The translations under genes were made by a program, and so were the position numbers. DNA of 64,000 nucleotides from Eledone cirrhosa (taxonomy: Eukaryota): assembly GCA_964016885.1 (NCBI GenBank), contig CAXHJY010000381.1, positions 1-64,000 of the forward strand. Direction: 5' to 3'. A model generated the notes under the pieces. The model did not search any database, had not been told where the DNA came from, and worked only from the letters and a program-made list of their open reading frames with translations. Every line of letters begins with the position of its first letter. Position 1 is the first letter of the stretch. Below are positions 16,051-32,200 of this stretch, in pieces.

Positions 16051-19000
16051 ATTAGTAACATGACAGTCTATATTAGTAACATGACAAAGTCTATATTAGT
16101 AACATGACAGTCTATATTGTAACATGACACAGTCTATATTAGTAGCATGACACAGTCTATATTAGTAAAATGACACAGTCTATATTAGTAACATGACAGT
16201 CTATATTAGTAACATGACAAAGTCTATATTAGTAACATGACAAAGTCTATATTAGTAACATGACAAAGTCTATATTAGTAACATGACAAAGTCTATATTA
16301 GTAACATGACAGTCTATATTGTAACATGACACAGTCTATATTAGTAACATGACACAGTCTATATTAGTAACATGACAGTCTATATTAGTAACATGACAAA
16401 GTCTATATTAGTAACATGACAAAGTCTATATTAGTAACATGACAAAGTCTATATTAGTAACATGACAAAGTCTATATTAGTAGCATGACACAGTCTATAT
16501 TAGTAACATGACAAAGTCTATATTAGTAACATGACACAGTCTATATTAGTAACATGACAAAGTCTATATTAGTAACATGACACAGTCTATATTAGTAACA
16601 TGACATAGTCTATATTAGTAACATCACAAAGTCTATATTAGTAGCATGACACAGTCTATATTAGTAACATGACACAGTCTATATTAGTAACATGACACAG
16701 TCTATATTAGTAAAATGACACAGTCTATATTAGTAACATGACACAGTCTATAATAGTAACATGACAAAGTCTATATTAGTAGCATGACAAAGTCTATATT
16801 AGTAACATGACAAAGTCTATATTAGTAACATGACACAGTCTATATTAGTAACATGACAAAGTCTATATAAGTAACATGACAAAGTCTATATTAGTAACAT
16901 GACAGTCTATATTAGTAACATGACAAAGTCTATATTAGTAACATGACACAGTCTATATTAGTAACATGACAAAGTCTCTATTAGTAACATGACAAAGTCT
17001 ATATTAGTAACATGACAGTCTATATTAGTAACATGACAAAGTCTCTATTAGTAACATGACAAAGTCTATATTAGTAACATGACAGTCTATATTAGTAACA
17101 TGACAAAGTCTATATTAGTAACATGACAGTCTATATTGTAACATGACACAGTCTATATTAGTAGCATGACACAGTCTATATTAGTAACATGACACAATCT
17201 ATATTAGTAACATGACACAGTCTATATTAGTAACATGACAAAGTCTATATTAGTAGCATGACAAAGTCTATATTAGTAACATGACAAAGTCTATATTAGT
17301 AACATGACACAGTCTATATTAGTAACATGACAAAGTCTATATTAGTAGCATGACACAGTCTATATTAGTAACATGACACAGTCTATATTAGTAACATGAC
17401 AGTCTATATTAGTAACATGACAAAGTCTATATTAGTAGCATGACAAAGTCTATATTAGTAACATGACACAGTCTATATTAGTAACATGACAATCTATATT
17501 AGTAACATGACACAGTCTATATTAGTAGATATGACAAAGTCTATATTAGTAACATGACAGTCTATATTAGTAACATGACAAAGTCTATATTAGTAGCATG
17601 ACAAAGTCTATATTAGTAGCATGACACAGTCTATATTAGTAACATGACACAATCTATATTAGTAACATGACACAGTCTATATTAGTAACATGACAAAGTC
17701 TATATTAGTAGCATGACAAAGTCTATATTAGTAACATGACAAAGTCTATATTAGTAACATGACACAGTCTATATTAATAACATGACAAAGTCTATATTAG
17801 TAACATGACAAAGTCTATATTGGTAACATGACACAGTCTATATTAGTAATATCACAAAGTCTATATTAGTAACATGACACTGTCTATATTAGTAACTTGA
17901 CAAAGTCTATATTAGTAACATGCCACAGTCTATATTAGTAACATGACACAGTCTATATTAGTAACATGACACAGTTTATATTAGTAACATGACAAAGTCT
18001 ATATTAGTAACATGACAAAGTCTATATTAGTAACATGACACAGTCTATGTTAGTAACATGACAAAGTCTATATTAGTAGCATGACAAAGTCTATATTAGT
18101 AACATGACAAAGTCTATATTAGTAACATGACACAGTCTATATTAGTAACATGACAAAGTCTATATTAGTAGCATGACAAAGTCTATATTAGTAACATGAC
18201 ACAGTCTATATTAGTAACATGACAAAGTCTATATTAGTAGCATGACAAAGTCTATATTAGTAACATGACAAAGTCTATATTAGTAACATGACACAGTCTA
18301 TATTAGTAACATGACAGTGTATATTAGTAACATGACAGTCCATATTAGTAGCATGACAAAGTCTATATTAGTAACATGACAAAGTCTATATTAGTAACAT
18401 GACACAGTCTATATTAGTAACATGACACAGTCTATATTAGTAACATCACACAGTCTATATTAGTAACATGACAAAGTCTATATTAGTAACATGGCAAAGT
18501 CTATATTAGTAACATGACAAAGTCTATATTAGTAACATGACAAGGCCTATATTAGTAACATGACACAGTCTATATTAGTAACATGACAAAGTCTATATTA
18601 GTAACATGACAGTCTGTATTAGTAACATGACAAAGTCTATATTAGTAACATGACAAAGTCTATATTAGTAACATGACAGTCTATATTAGTAACATGACAC
18701 AGTCTATATTAGTAACATGACAAAGTCTACATTAGTAACATGACACAGTCTATATTAGTAACATGACACAGTCTATATTAGTAACATGACACAGTCTATA
18801 TTAGTAACATGACAAAGTCTATATTAGTAACATGGCAGTCTATATTAGTAACATGACACAGTCTATATTAGTAACATGACACAGTCTATATTAGTAACAT
18901 GACAGTCTATATTAGTAACATGACAAAGTCTATATTAGTAACATGACAAAGTCTATATTAGTAACATGACAAAGTCTATATTAGTAACATGACAAAGTCT

Positions 19001-21830
19001 ATATTAGTAGCATGACACAGTCTATATTAGTAACATGACAAAGTCTATATTAGTAACATGACACAGTCTATATTAGTAACATGACAAAGTCTATATTAGT
19101 AACATGACACAGTCTATATTAGTAACATGACATAGTCTATATTAGTAACATGACAAAGTCTATATTAGTAGCATGACACAGTCTATATTAGTAACATGAC
19201 ACAGTCTATATTAGTAACATGACACAGTCTATATTAGTAACATGACACAGTCTATATTAGTAGCATGACAAAGTCTATATTAGTAACATGACAAAGTCTA
19301 TATTAGTAGTATGACAAAGTCTATATTAGTAACATGACAGTCTATATTAGTAACATGACAAAGTCTATATTAGTAGCATGACAAAGTCTATATTAGTAGC
19401 ATGACACAGTCTATATTAGTAAAATGACACAGTCTATATTAGTAACATGACACAGTCTATATTAGTAACATGACAAAGTCTATATTAGTAGCATGACAAA
19501 GTCTATATTAGTAACATGACAAAGTCTATATTAGTAACATGACACAGTCTATATTAGTAACATGACAAAGTCTATATTAGTAACATGACAAAGTCTATAT
19601 TAGTAACATGGCAGTCTATATTAGTAACATGACAAAGTCTATATTAGTAACATGACACAGTCTATATTAGTAACATGACAAAGTCTCTATTAGTAACATG
19701 ACAGTCTATATTAGTAACATGACAAAGTCTCTATTAGTAACATGACAAAGTCTATATTAGTAACATGACAGTCTATATTAGTAACATGACAAAGTCTATA
19801 TTAGTAACATGACAGTCTATATTGTAACATGACACAGTCTATATTAGTAGCATGACACAGTCTATATTAGTAAAATGACACAGTCTATATTAGTAACATG
19901 ACAGTCTATATTAGTAACATGACAAAGTCTATATTAGTAACATGACAAAGTCTATATTAGTAACATGACAAAGTCTATATTAGTAACATGACAAAGTCTA
20001 TATTAGTAACATGACAGTCTATATTGTAACATGACACAGTCTATATTAGTAACATGACACAGTCTATATTAGTAACATGACAGTCTATATTAGTAACATG
20101 ACAAAGTCTATATTAGTAACATGACAAAGTCTATATTAGTAACATGACAAAGTCTATATTAGTAACATGACAAAGTCTATATTAGTAGCATGACACAGTC
20201 TATATTAGTAACATGACAAAGTCTATATTAGTAACATGACACAGTCTATATTAGTAACATGACAAAGTCTATATTAGTAACATGACACAGTCTATATTAG
20301 TAACATGACATAGTCTATATTAGTAACATCACAAAGTCTATATTAGTAGCATGACACAGTCTATATTAGTAACATGACACAGTCTATATTAGTAACATGA
20401 CACAGTCTATATTAGTAAAATGACACAGTCTATATTAGTAACATGACACAGTCTATATTAGTAACATGACAAAGTCTATATTAGTAGCATGACAAAGTCT
20501 ATATTAGTAACATGACAAAGTCTATATTAGTAACATGACACAGTCTATATTAGTAACATGACAAAGTCTATATAAGTAACATGACAAAGTCTATATTAGT
20601 AACATGACAGTCTATATTAGTAACATGACAAAGTCTATATTAGTAACATGACACAGTCTATATTAGTAACATGACAAAGTCTCTATTAGTAACATGACAA
20701 AGTCTATATTAGTAACATGACAGTCTATATTAGTAACATGACAAAGTCTCTATTAGTAACATGACAAAGTCTATATTAGTAACATGACAGTCTATATTAG
20801 TAACATGACAAAGTCTATATTAGTAACATGACAGTCTATATTGTAACATGACACAGTCTATATTAGTAGCATGACACAGTCTATATTAGTAACATGACAC
20901 AATCTATATTAGTAACATGACACAGTCTATATTAGTAACATGACAAAGTCTATATTAGTAGCATGACAAAGTCTATATTAGTAACATGACAAAGTCTATA
21001 TTAGTAACATGACACAGTCTATATTAGTAACATGACAAAGTCTATATTAGTAGCATGACACAGTCTATATTAGTAACATGACACAGTCTATATTAGTAAC
21101 ATGACAGTCTATATTAGTAACATGACAAAGTCTATATTAGTAGCATGACAAAGTCTATATTAGTAACATGACACAGTCTATATTAGTAACATGACAATCT
21201 ATATTAGTAACATGACACAGTCTATATTAGTAGATATGACAAAGTCTATATTAGTAACATGACAGTCTATATTAGTAACATGACAAAGTCTATATTAGTA
21301 GCATGACAAAGTCTATATTAGTAGCATGACACAGTCTATATTAGTAACATGACACAATCTATATTAGTAACATGACACAGTCTATATTAGTAACATGACA
21401 AAGTCTATATTAGTAGCATGACAAAGTCTATATTAGTAACATGACAAAGTCTATATTAGTAACATGACACAGTCTATATTAATAACATGACAAAGTCTAT
21501 ATTAGTAACATGACAAAGTCTATATTGGTAACATGACACAGTCTATATTAGTAATATCACAAAGTCTATATTAGTAACATGACACTGTCTATATTAGTAA
21601 CTTGACAAAGTCTATATTAGTAACATGCCACAGTCTATATTAGTAACATGACACAGTCTATATTAGTAACATGACACAGTTTATATTAGTAACATGACAA
21701 AGTCTATATTAGTAACATGACAAAGTCTATATTAGTAACATGACACAGTCTATGTTAGTAACATGACAAAGTCTATATTAGTAGCATGACAAAGTCTATA
21801 TTAGTAACATGACAAAGTCTATATTAGTAA
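14330..21830. repeat. Higher-order tandem duplication, offset 3728 bp then 3705 bp after a one-monomer difference near 19690
   Basis: AGGCCT at 14815/18543 (3728); CATGACAGTGT at 14582/18310 (3728); AGTAGATATGAC at 17524/21229 (3705). Confidence 0.85.
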
Positions 21831-24800
21831 CATGACACAGTCTATGTTAGTAACATGACAAAGTCTATATTAATAACATGACAAAGTCTATATTAGTAAC
21901 ATGACACAGTCTATATTAGTAACATGACAAACTCTATATTAGTAGCATGACAAAATCTATATTAGTAACATGACAGTCTATATTAGTAACATGACAAAGT
22001 CTATATTAGTAGTATGACAAAGTCTATATTAGTAACATGACAGTCTATATTAGTAACATGATAAATCTATATTAGTAGCATGACAAAGTCTATATTAGTA
22101 GCATGACACAGTCTATATTAGTAACATGACACAGTCTATATTAGTAAAATGACACAGTCTATATTAGTAACATGACACAGTCTATATTAGTAACATGACA
22201 AAGTCTATATTAGTAACATGACAAAGTCTATATTAGTAACATGACAAAGTCTATATTAGTAGCATGACAAAGTCTGTATTAGTAACATGACAAGGTCAAT
22301 ATTAGTAACATGACAAAGTCTATATTAGTAACATGACAAAGTCTATATTAGTAACATGACACAGTCTATATTAGTAACATGACAAAGTCTATATTAGTAG
22401 CATGACAAAGTCTATATTAGTAACATGACAAAGTCTATATTAGTAACATGACAAAGTCTATATTAGTAACATGACAAAGTCTATATTAGTAACATGACAA
22501 AGTCTATATTAGTAACATGACAAAGTCTATATTAGTAACATGACAAAGTCTATATTAGTAACATGACAGTCTACATTAGTAACATGACACAGTCTATATT
22601 AGTAACATGACAAAGTCGATATTAGTAACATGACAATGTCTATATTAGTAACATGACAAAGTCTATATTAGTAACATGACACAGTCTATATTACTAACAT
22701 GACACAGCCTATATTAGTAACATGACACAGTCTATATTAGTAACATGACAAAGTCTATATTAGTAACATGACAAAGTCTATATTAGTAACATGACAAAGT
22801 CTATATTAGTAACATGACACAGTCTATATTAGTAACATGACACAGTCTATATTAGTAGCATGACACAGTCCATATTAGTAACATGATACAGTCTATATTA
22901 GTAACATGACAAAGTCTATATTAGTAACATGACAAAGTCTATATTAGTAAAATGACAAAGTCTATATTAGTAACATGACAAAGTCTTTATTAGTAACATG
23001 ACACAGTCTATATTAGTAACATGACACAGTCTATATTAGTAACATGACAAAGTCTATATTAGTAACATGACAAAGTCTATATTAGTAACATGACACAGTC
23101 TATATTAGTAACATGACACAGTCTATATTAGTAACATGACAAAGTCTATATTAGTAACATGACAAAATCTATATTAGTAACATGACAGTCTATATTAGTA
23201 ACATGACACAGTCTATATTAGTAACATGACACAGTCTATATTAGTAACATGACAAAGTCTATATTAGTAACATGACACAGTCTATATTAGTAACATGACA
23301 TAGTCTATATTAGTAACATCACAAAGTCTATATTAGTAGCATGACACAGTCTATATTAGTAACATGACACAGTCTATATTAGTAACATGACACAGTCTAT
23401 ATTAGTAAAATGACACAGTCTATATTAGTAACATGACACAGTCTATATTAGTAACATGACAAAGTCTATATTAGTAGCATGACAAAGTCTATATTAGTAA
23501 CATGACAAAGTCTATATTAGTAACATGACACAGTCTATATTAGTAACATGACAAAGTCTATATAAGTAACATGACAAAGTCTATATTAGTAACATGACAG
23601 TCTATATTAGTAACATGACAAAGTCTATATTAGTAACATGACACAGTCTATATTAGTAACATGACAAAGTCTCTATTAGTAACATGACAAAGTCTATATT
23701 AGTAACATGACAGTCTATATTAGTAACATGACAAAGTCTCTATTAGTAACATGACAAAGTCTATATTAGTAACATGACAGTCTATATTAGTAACATGACA
23801 AAGTCTATATTAGTAACATGACAGTCTATATTGTAACATGACACAGTCTATATTAGTAGCATGACACAGTCTATATTAGTAACATGACACAATCTATATT
23901 AGTAACATGACACAGTCTATATTAGTAACATGACAAAGTCTATATTAGTAGCATGACAAAGTCTATATTAGTAACATGACAAAGTCTATATTAGTAACAT
24001 GACACAGTCTATATTAGTAACATGACAAAGTCTATATTAGTAGCATGACACAGTCTATATTAGTAACATGACACAGTCTATATTAGTAACATGACAGTCT
24101 ATATTAGTAACATGACAAAGTCTATATTAGTAGCATGACAAAGTCTATATTAGTAACATGACACAGTCTATATTAGTAACATGACAATCTATATTAGTAA
24201 CATGACACAGTCTATATTAGTAGATATGACAAAGTCTATATTAGTAACATGACAGTCTATATTAGTAACATGACAAAGTCTATATTAGTAGCATGACAAA
24301 GTCTATATTAGTAGCATGACACAGTCTATATTAGTAACATGACACAATCTATATTAGTAACATGACACAGTCTATATTAGTAACATGACAAAGTCTATAT
24401 TAGTAGCATGACAAAGTCTATATTAGTAACATGACAAAGTCTATATTAGTAACATGACACAGTCTATATTAATAACATGACAAAGTCTATATTAGTAACA
24501 TGACAAAGTCTATATTGGTAACATGACACAGTCTATATTAGTAATATCACAAAGTCTATATTAGTAGCATGACACTGTCTATATTAGTAACTTGACAAAG
24601 TCTATATTAGTAACATGCCACAGTCTATATTAGTAACATGACACAGTCTATATTAGTAACATGACACAGTTTATATTAGTAACATGACAAAGTCTATATT
24701 AGTAACATGACAAAGTCTATATTAGTAACATGACACAGTCTATGTTAGTAACATGACAAAGTCTATATTAGTAGCATGACAAAGTCTATATTAGTAACAT

Positions 24801-26240
24801 GACAAAGTCTATATTAGTAACATGACACATTCTATGTTAGTAACATGACAAAGTCTATATTAATAACATGACAAAGTCTATATTAGTAACATGACACAGT
24901 CTATATTAGTAACATGACAAAGTCTATATTAGTAGCATGACAAAATCTATATTAGTAACATGACAGTCTATATTAGTAACATGACAAAGTCTATATTAGT
25001 AGTATGACAAAGTCTATATTAGTAACATGACAGTCTATATTAGTAACATGATAAATCTATATTAGTAGCATGACAAAGTCTATATTAGTAGCATGACACA
25101 GTCTATATTAGTAACATGACACAGTCTATATTAGTAAAATGACACAGTCTATATTAGTAACATGACACAGTCTATATTAGTAACATGACAAAGTCTATAT
25201 TAGTAACATGACAAAGTCTATATTAGTAACATGACAAAGTCTATATTAGTAGCATGACAAAGTCTGTATTAGTAACATGACAAGGTCAATATTAGTAACA
25301 TGACAAAGTCTATATTAGTAACATGACAAAGTCTATATTAGTAACATGACACAGTCTATATTAGTAACATGACAAAGTCTATATTAGTAGCATGACAAAG
25401 TCTATATTAGTAACATGACAAAGTCTATATTAGTAACATGACAAAGTCTATATTAGTAACATGACAAAGTCTATATTAGTAACATGACAAAGTCTATATT
25501 AGTAACATGACAAAGTCTATATTAGTAACATGACAAAGTCTATATTAGTAACATGACAGTCTATATTAGTAACATGACAGTCTACATTAGTAACATGACA
25601 CAGTCTATATTAGTAACATGACAAAGTCGATATTAGTAACATGACAATGTCTATATTAGTAACATGACAAAGTCTATATTAGTAACATGACACAGTCTAT
25701 ATTACTAACATGACACAGCCTATATTAGTAACATGACACAGTCTATATTAGTAACATGACAAAGTCTATATTAGTAACATGACAAAGTCTATATTAGTAA
25801 CATGACAAAGTCTATATTAGTAACATGACACAGTCTATATTAGTAACATGACACAGTCTATATTAGTAGCATGACACAGTCCATATTAGTAACATGATAC
25901 AGTCTATATTAGTAACATGACAAAGTCTATATTAGTAACATGACAAAGTCTATATTAGTAAAATGACAAAGTCTATATTAGTAACATGACAAAGTCTTTA
26001 TTAGTAACATGACACAGTCTATATTAGTAACATGACACAGTCTATATTAGTAACATGACAACGTCTATATTAGTAACATGACAAAGTCTATATTAGTAAC
26101 ATGACACAGTCTATATTAGTAACATGACACAGTCTATATTAGTAACATGACAAAGTCTATATTAGTAACATGACAAAATCTATATTAGTAACATGACAGT
26201 CTATATTAGTAACATGACACAGTCTATATTAGTAACATGA
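20240..26240. repeat. Higher-order tandem duplication, period about 2990 bp
   Basis: AGTAGATATGAC at 21229/24219; ATAAATC at 22061/25051; AAGGTCAAT at 22292/25282. Confidence 0.85.
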
Positions 26241-29200
26241 CACAGTCTATATTAGTAACATTAGACAGTCTATATTAGTAGCATGACAAAGTCTATATTA
26301 GTAACATGACACAGTCTACATTAGTAACATGACAAAGTCTATATTAGTAACATGACACAGTCTATATTAGTAACATGAGACAGTCTATATTAGTAACATG
26401 ACAAAGTCTATATTAGTAACATGACAAAGTCTATATTAGTAAAATGACAAAGTCTATATTAGTAACATGACAAAGTCTTTATTAGTAACATGACACAGTC
26501 TATATTAGTAACATGACACAGTCTATATTAGTAACATGACAAAGTCTATATTAGTAACATGACACAGTCTATATTAGTAACATGACACAGTCTATATTAG
26601 TAACATGACAAAGTCTATATTAGTAACATGACAAAGTCTATATTAGTAACATGACAAAGTCTATATTAGTAACATGACAAAGTCTATATTAGTAGCATGA
26701 CAAAGTCTGTATTAGTAACATGACAAAGTCTATATTAGTAACATGACAAAGTCTATATTAGTAACATGACAAAGTCTATATTAGTAACATGACACAGTCT
26801 ATATTAGTAACATGACAAGGTCTATATTAGTAGCATGACAAAGTCTATATTAGTAACATGACAAAGTCTATATTAGTAACATAACAAAGTCTATATTAGT
26901 AACATGACAAAGTCTATATTAGTAACATGACAAAGTCTATATTAGTAACATGACAAAGTCTATATTAGTAACATGACACAGTCTATATTAGTAACATGAC
27001 AGTCTATATTAGTAACATGACAGTCTACATTAGTAACATGACACAGTCTATATTAGTAACATGACACAGTCTATATTAGTAACATGACACAGTCTATATT
27101 AGTAACATGACAGTCTATATTAGTAACATGACAGTCTACATTAGTAACATGACACAGTCTATATTAGTAACATGACAAAGTCGATATTAGTAACATGACA
27201 ATGTCTATATTAGTAACATGACAAAGTCTATATTAGTAAAATGACAAAGTCTATATTAGTAACATGACAAAGTCTTTATTAGTAACATGACACAGTCTAT
27301 ATTAGTAACATGACACAGTCTATATTAGTAACATGACAAAGTCTATATTAGTAACATGACACAGTCTATATTAGTAACATGACACAGTCTATATTAGTAA
27401 CATGACAAAGTCTATATTAGTATCATGACAAAGTCTATATTAGTAACATGACAAAGTCTATATTAGTAACATGACAAAGTCTATATTAGTAGCATGACAA
27501 AGTCTGTATTAGTAACATGACAAGGTCAATATTAGTAACATGACAAAGTCTATATTAGTAACATGACAAAGTCTATATTAGTAACATGACACAGTCTATA
27601 TTAGTAACATGACAAAGTCTATATTAGTAGCATGACAAAGTCTATATTAGTAACATGACAAAGTCTATATTAGTAACATGACAAATTCTATATTAGTAAC
27701 ATGACAAAGTCTATATTAGTAACATGACAAAGCCTATATTAGTAACATGACAAAGTCTATATTAGTAACATGACACAGTCTATATTAGTAACATGACAGT
27801 CTATATTAGTAACATGACAGTCTACATTAGTAACATGACACAGTCTATATTAGTAACATGACGAAGTCGATATTAGTAACATGACAATGTCTATATTAGT
27901 AACATGACAAAGTCTATATTAGTAACATGACACAGTCTATATTACTAACATGACACAGCCTATATTAGTAACATGACACAGTCTATATTAGTAACATGAC
28001 AAAGTCTATATTAGTAACATGACAAAGTCTATACTAGTAACATGACAAAGTCTATATTAGTAAAATGACACAGTCTATATTAGTAACATGACACAGTCTA
28101 TATTAGTAGCATGACACAGTCCATATTAGTAACATGATACAGTCTATATTAGTAACATGACAAAGTCTATATTAGTAACATGACAAAGTCTATATTAGTA
28201 AAATGACAAAGTCTATATTAGTAACATGACAAAGTCTTTATTAGTAACATGACACAGTCTATATTAGTAACATGACACAATCTATATTAGTAACATGACA
28301 AAGTCTATATTAGTAACATGACAAAGTCTATATTAGTAACATGACACAGTCTATATTAGTAACATGACACAGTCTATATTAGTAACATGACAAAGTCTAT
28401 ATTAGTAGCATGACAAAATCTATATTAGTAACATGACAGTCTATATTAGTAACATGACAAAGTCTATATTAGTAGTATGACAAAGTCTATATTAGTAACA
28501 TGACAGTCTATATTAGTAACATGATAAATCTATATTAGTAGCATGACAAAGTCTATATTAGTAGCATGACACAGTCTATATTAGTAACATGACACAGTCT
28601 ATATTAGTAAAATGACACAGTCTATATTAGTAACATGACACAGTCTATATTAGTAACATGACAAAGTCTATATTAGTAACATGACAAAGTCTATATTAGT
28701 AACATGACAAAGTCTATATTAGTAGCATGACAAAGTCTGTATTAGTAACATGACAAGGTCAATATTAGTAACATGACAAAGTCTATATTAGTAACATGAC
28801 AAAGTCTATATTAGTAACATGACACAGTCTATATTAGTAACATGACAAAGTCTATATTAGTAGCATGACAAAGTCTATATTAGTAACATGACAAAGTCTA
28901 TATTAGTAACATGACAAAGTCTATATTAGTAACATGACAAAGTCTATATTAGTAACATGACAAAGTCTATATTAGTAACATGACAAAGTCTATATTAGTA
29001 ACATGACAAAGTCTATATTAGTAACATGACAGTCTACATTAGTAACATGACACAGTCTATATTAGTAACATGACAAAGTCGATATTAGTAACATGACAAT
29101 GTCTATATTAGTAACATGACAAAGTCTATATTAGTAACATGACACAGTCTATATTACTAACATGACACAGCCTATATTAGTAACATGACACAGTCTATAT

Positions 29201-32200
29201 TAGTAACATGACAAAGTCTATATTAGTAACATGACAAAGTCTATATTAGTAACATGACAAAGTCTATATTAGTAACATGACACAGTCTATATTAGTAACA
29301 TGACACAGTCTATATTAGTAGCATGACACAGTCCATATTAGTAACATGATACAGTCTATATTAGTAACATGACAAAGTCTATATTAGTAACATGACAAAG
29401 TCTATATTAGTAAAATGACAAAGTCTATATTAGTAACATGACAAAGTCTTTATTAGTAACATGACACAGTCTATATTAGTAACATGACACAGTCTATATT
29501 AGTAACATGACAAAGTCTATATTAGTAACATGACAAAGTCTATATTAGTAACATGACACAGTCTATATTAGTAACATGACACAGTCTATATTAGTAACAT
29601 GACAAAGTCTATATTAGTAACATGACAAAATCTATATTAGTAACATGACAGTCTATATTAGTAACATGACACAGTCTATATTAGTAACATGACACAGTCT
29701 ATATTAGTAACATGACAAAGTCTATATTAGTAACATGACACAGTCTATATTAGTAACATGACATAGTCTATATTAGTAACATCACAAAGTCTATATTAGT
29801 AGCATGACACAGTCTATATTAGTAACATGACACAGTCTATATTAGTAACATGACACAGTCTATATTAGTAAAATGACACAGTCTATATTAGTAACATGAC
29901 ACAGTCTATATTAGTAACATGACAAAGTCTATATTAGTAGCATGACAAAGTCTATATTAGTAACATGACAAAGTCTATATTAGTAACATGACACAGTCTA
30001 TATTAGTAACATGACAAAGTCTATATAAGTAACATGACAAAGTCTATATTAGTAACATGACAGTCTATATTAGTAACATGACAAAGTCTATATTAGTAAC
30101 ATGACACAGTCTATATTAGTAACATGACAAAGTCTCTATTAGTAACATGACAAAGTCTATATTAGTAACATGACAGTCTATATTAGTAACATGACAAAGT
30201 CTCTATTAGTAACATGACAAAGTCTATATTAGTAACATGACAGTCTATATTAGTAACATGACAAAGTCTATATTAGTAACATGACAGTCTATATTGTAAC
30301 ATGACACAGTCTATATTAGTAGCATGACACAGTCTATATTAGTAACATGACACAATCTATATTAGTAACATGACACAGTCTATATTAGTAACATGACAAA
30401 GTCTATATTAGTAGCATGACAAAGTCTATATTAGTAACATGACAAAGTCTATATTAGTAACATGACACAGTCTATATTAGTAACATGACAAAGTCTATAT
30501 TAGTAGCATGACACAGTCTATATTAGTAACATGACACAGTCTATATTAGTAACATGACAGTCTATATTAGTAACATGACAAAGTCTATATTAGTAGCATG
30601 ACAAAGTCTATATTAGTAACATGACACAGTCTATATTAGTAACATGACAATCTATATTAGTAACATGACACAGTCTATATTAGTAGATATGACAAAGTCT
30701 ATATTAGTAACATGACAGTCTATATTAGTAACATGACAAAGTCTATATTAGTAGCATGACAAAGTCTATATTAGTAGCATGACACAGTCTATATTAGTAA
30801 CATGACACAATCTATATTAGTAACATGACACAGTCTATATTAGTAACATGACAAAGTCTATATTAGTAGCATGACAAAGTCTATATTAGTAACATGACAA
30901 AGTCTATATTAGTAACATGACACAGTCTATATTAATAACATGACAAAGTCTATATTAGTAACATGACAAAGTCTATATTGGTAACATGACACAGTCTATA
31001 TTAGTAATATCACAAAGTCTATATTAGTAGCATGACACTGTCTATATTAGTAACTTGACAAAGTCTATATTAGTAACATGCCACAGTCTATATTAGTAAC
31101 ATGACACAGTCTATATTAGTAACATGACACAGTTTATATTAGTAACATGACAAAGTCTATATTAGTAACATGACAAAGTCTATATTAGTAACATGACACA
31201 GTCTATGTTAGTAACATGACAAAGTCTATATTAGTAGCATGACAAAGTCTATATTAGTAACATGACAAAGTCTATATTAGTAACATGACACATTCTATGT
31301 TAGTAACATGACAAAGTCTATATTAATAACATGACAAAGTCTATATTAGTAACATGACACAGTCTATATTAGTAACATGACAAAGTCTATATTAGTAGCA
31401 TGACAAAATCTATATTAGTAACATGACAGTCTATATTAGTAACATGACAAAGTCTATATTAGTAGTATGACAAAGTCTATATTAGTAACATGACAGTCTA
31501 TATTAGTAACATGATAAATCTATATTAGTAGCATGACAAAGTCTATATTAGTAGCATGACACAGTCTATATTAGTAACATGACACAGTCTATATTAGTAA
31601 AATGACACAGTCTATATTAGTAACATGACACAGTCTATATTAGTAACATGACAAAGTCTATATTAGTAACATGACAAAGTCTATATTAGTAACATGACAA
31701 AGTCTATATTAGTAGCATGACAAAGTCTGTATTAGTAACATGACAAGGTCAATATTAGTAACATGACAAAGTCTATATTAGTAACATGACAAAGTCTATA
31801 TTAGTAACATGACACAGTCTATATTAGTAACATGACAAAGTCTATATTAGTAGCATGACAAAGTCTATATTAGTAACATGACAAAGTCTATATTAGTAAC
31901 ATGACAAAGTCTATATTAGTAACATGACAAAGTCTATATTAGTAACATGACAAAGTCTATATTAGTAACATGACAAAGTCTATATTAGTAACATGACAAA
32001 GTCTATATTAGTAACATGACAGTCTATATTAGTAACATGACAGTCTACATTAGTAACATGACACAGTCTATATTAGTAACATGACAAAGTCGATATTAGT
32101 AACATGACAATGTCTATATTAGTAACATGACAAAGTCTATATTAGTAACATGACACAGTCTATATTACTAACATGACACAGCCTATATTAGTAACATGAC

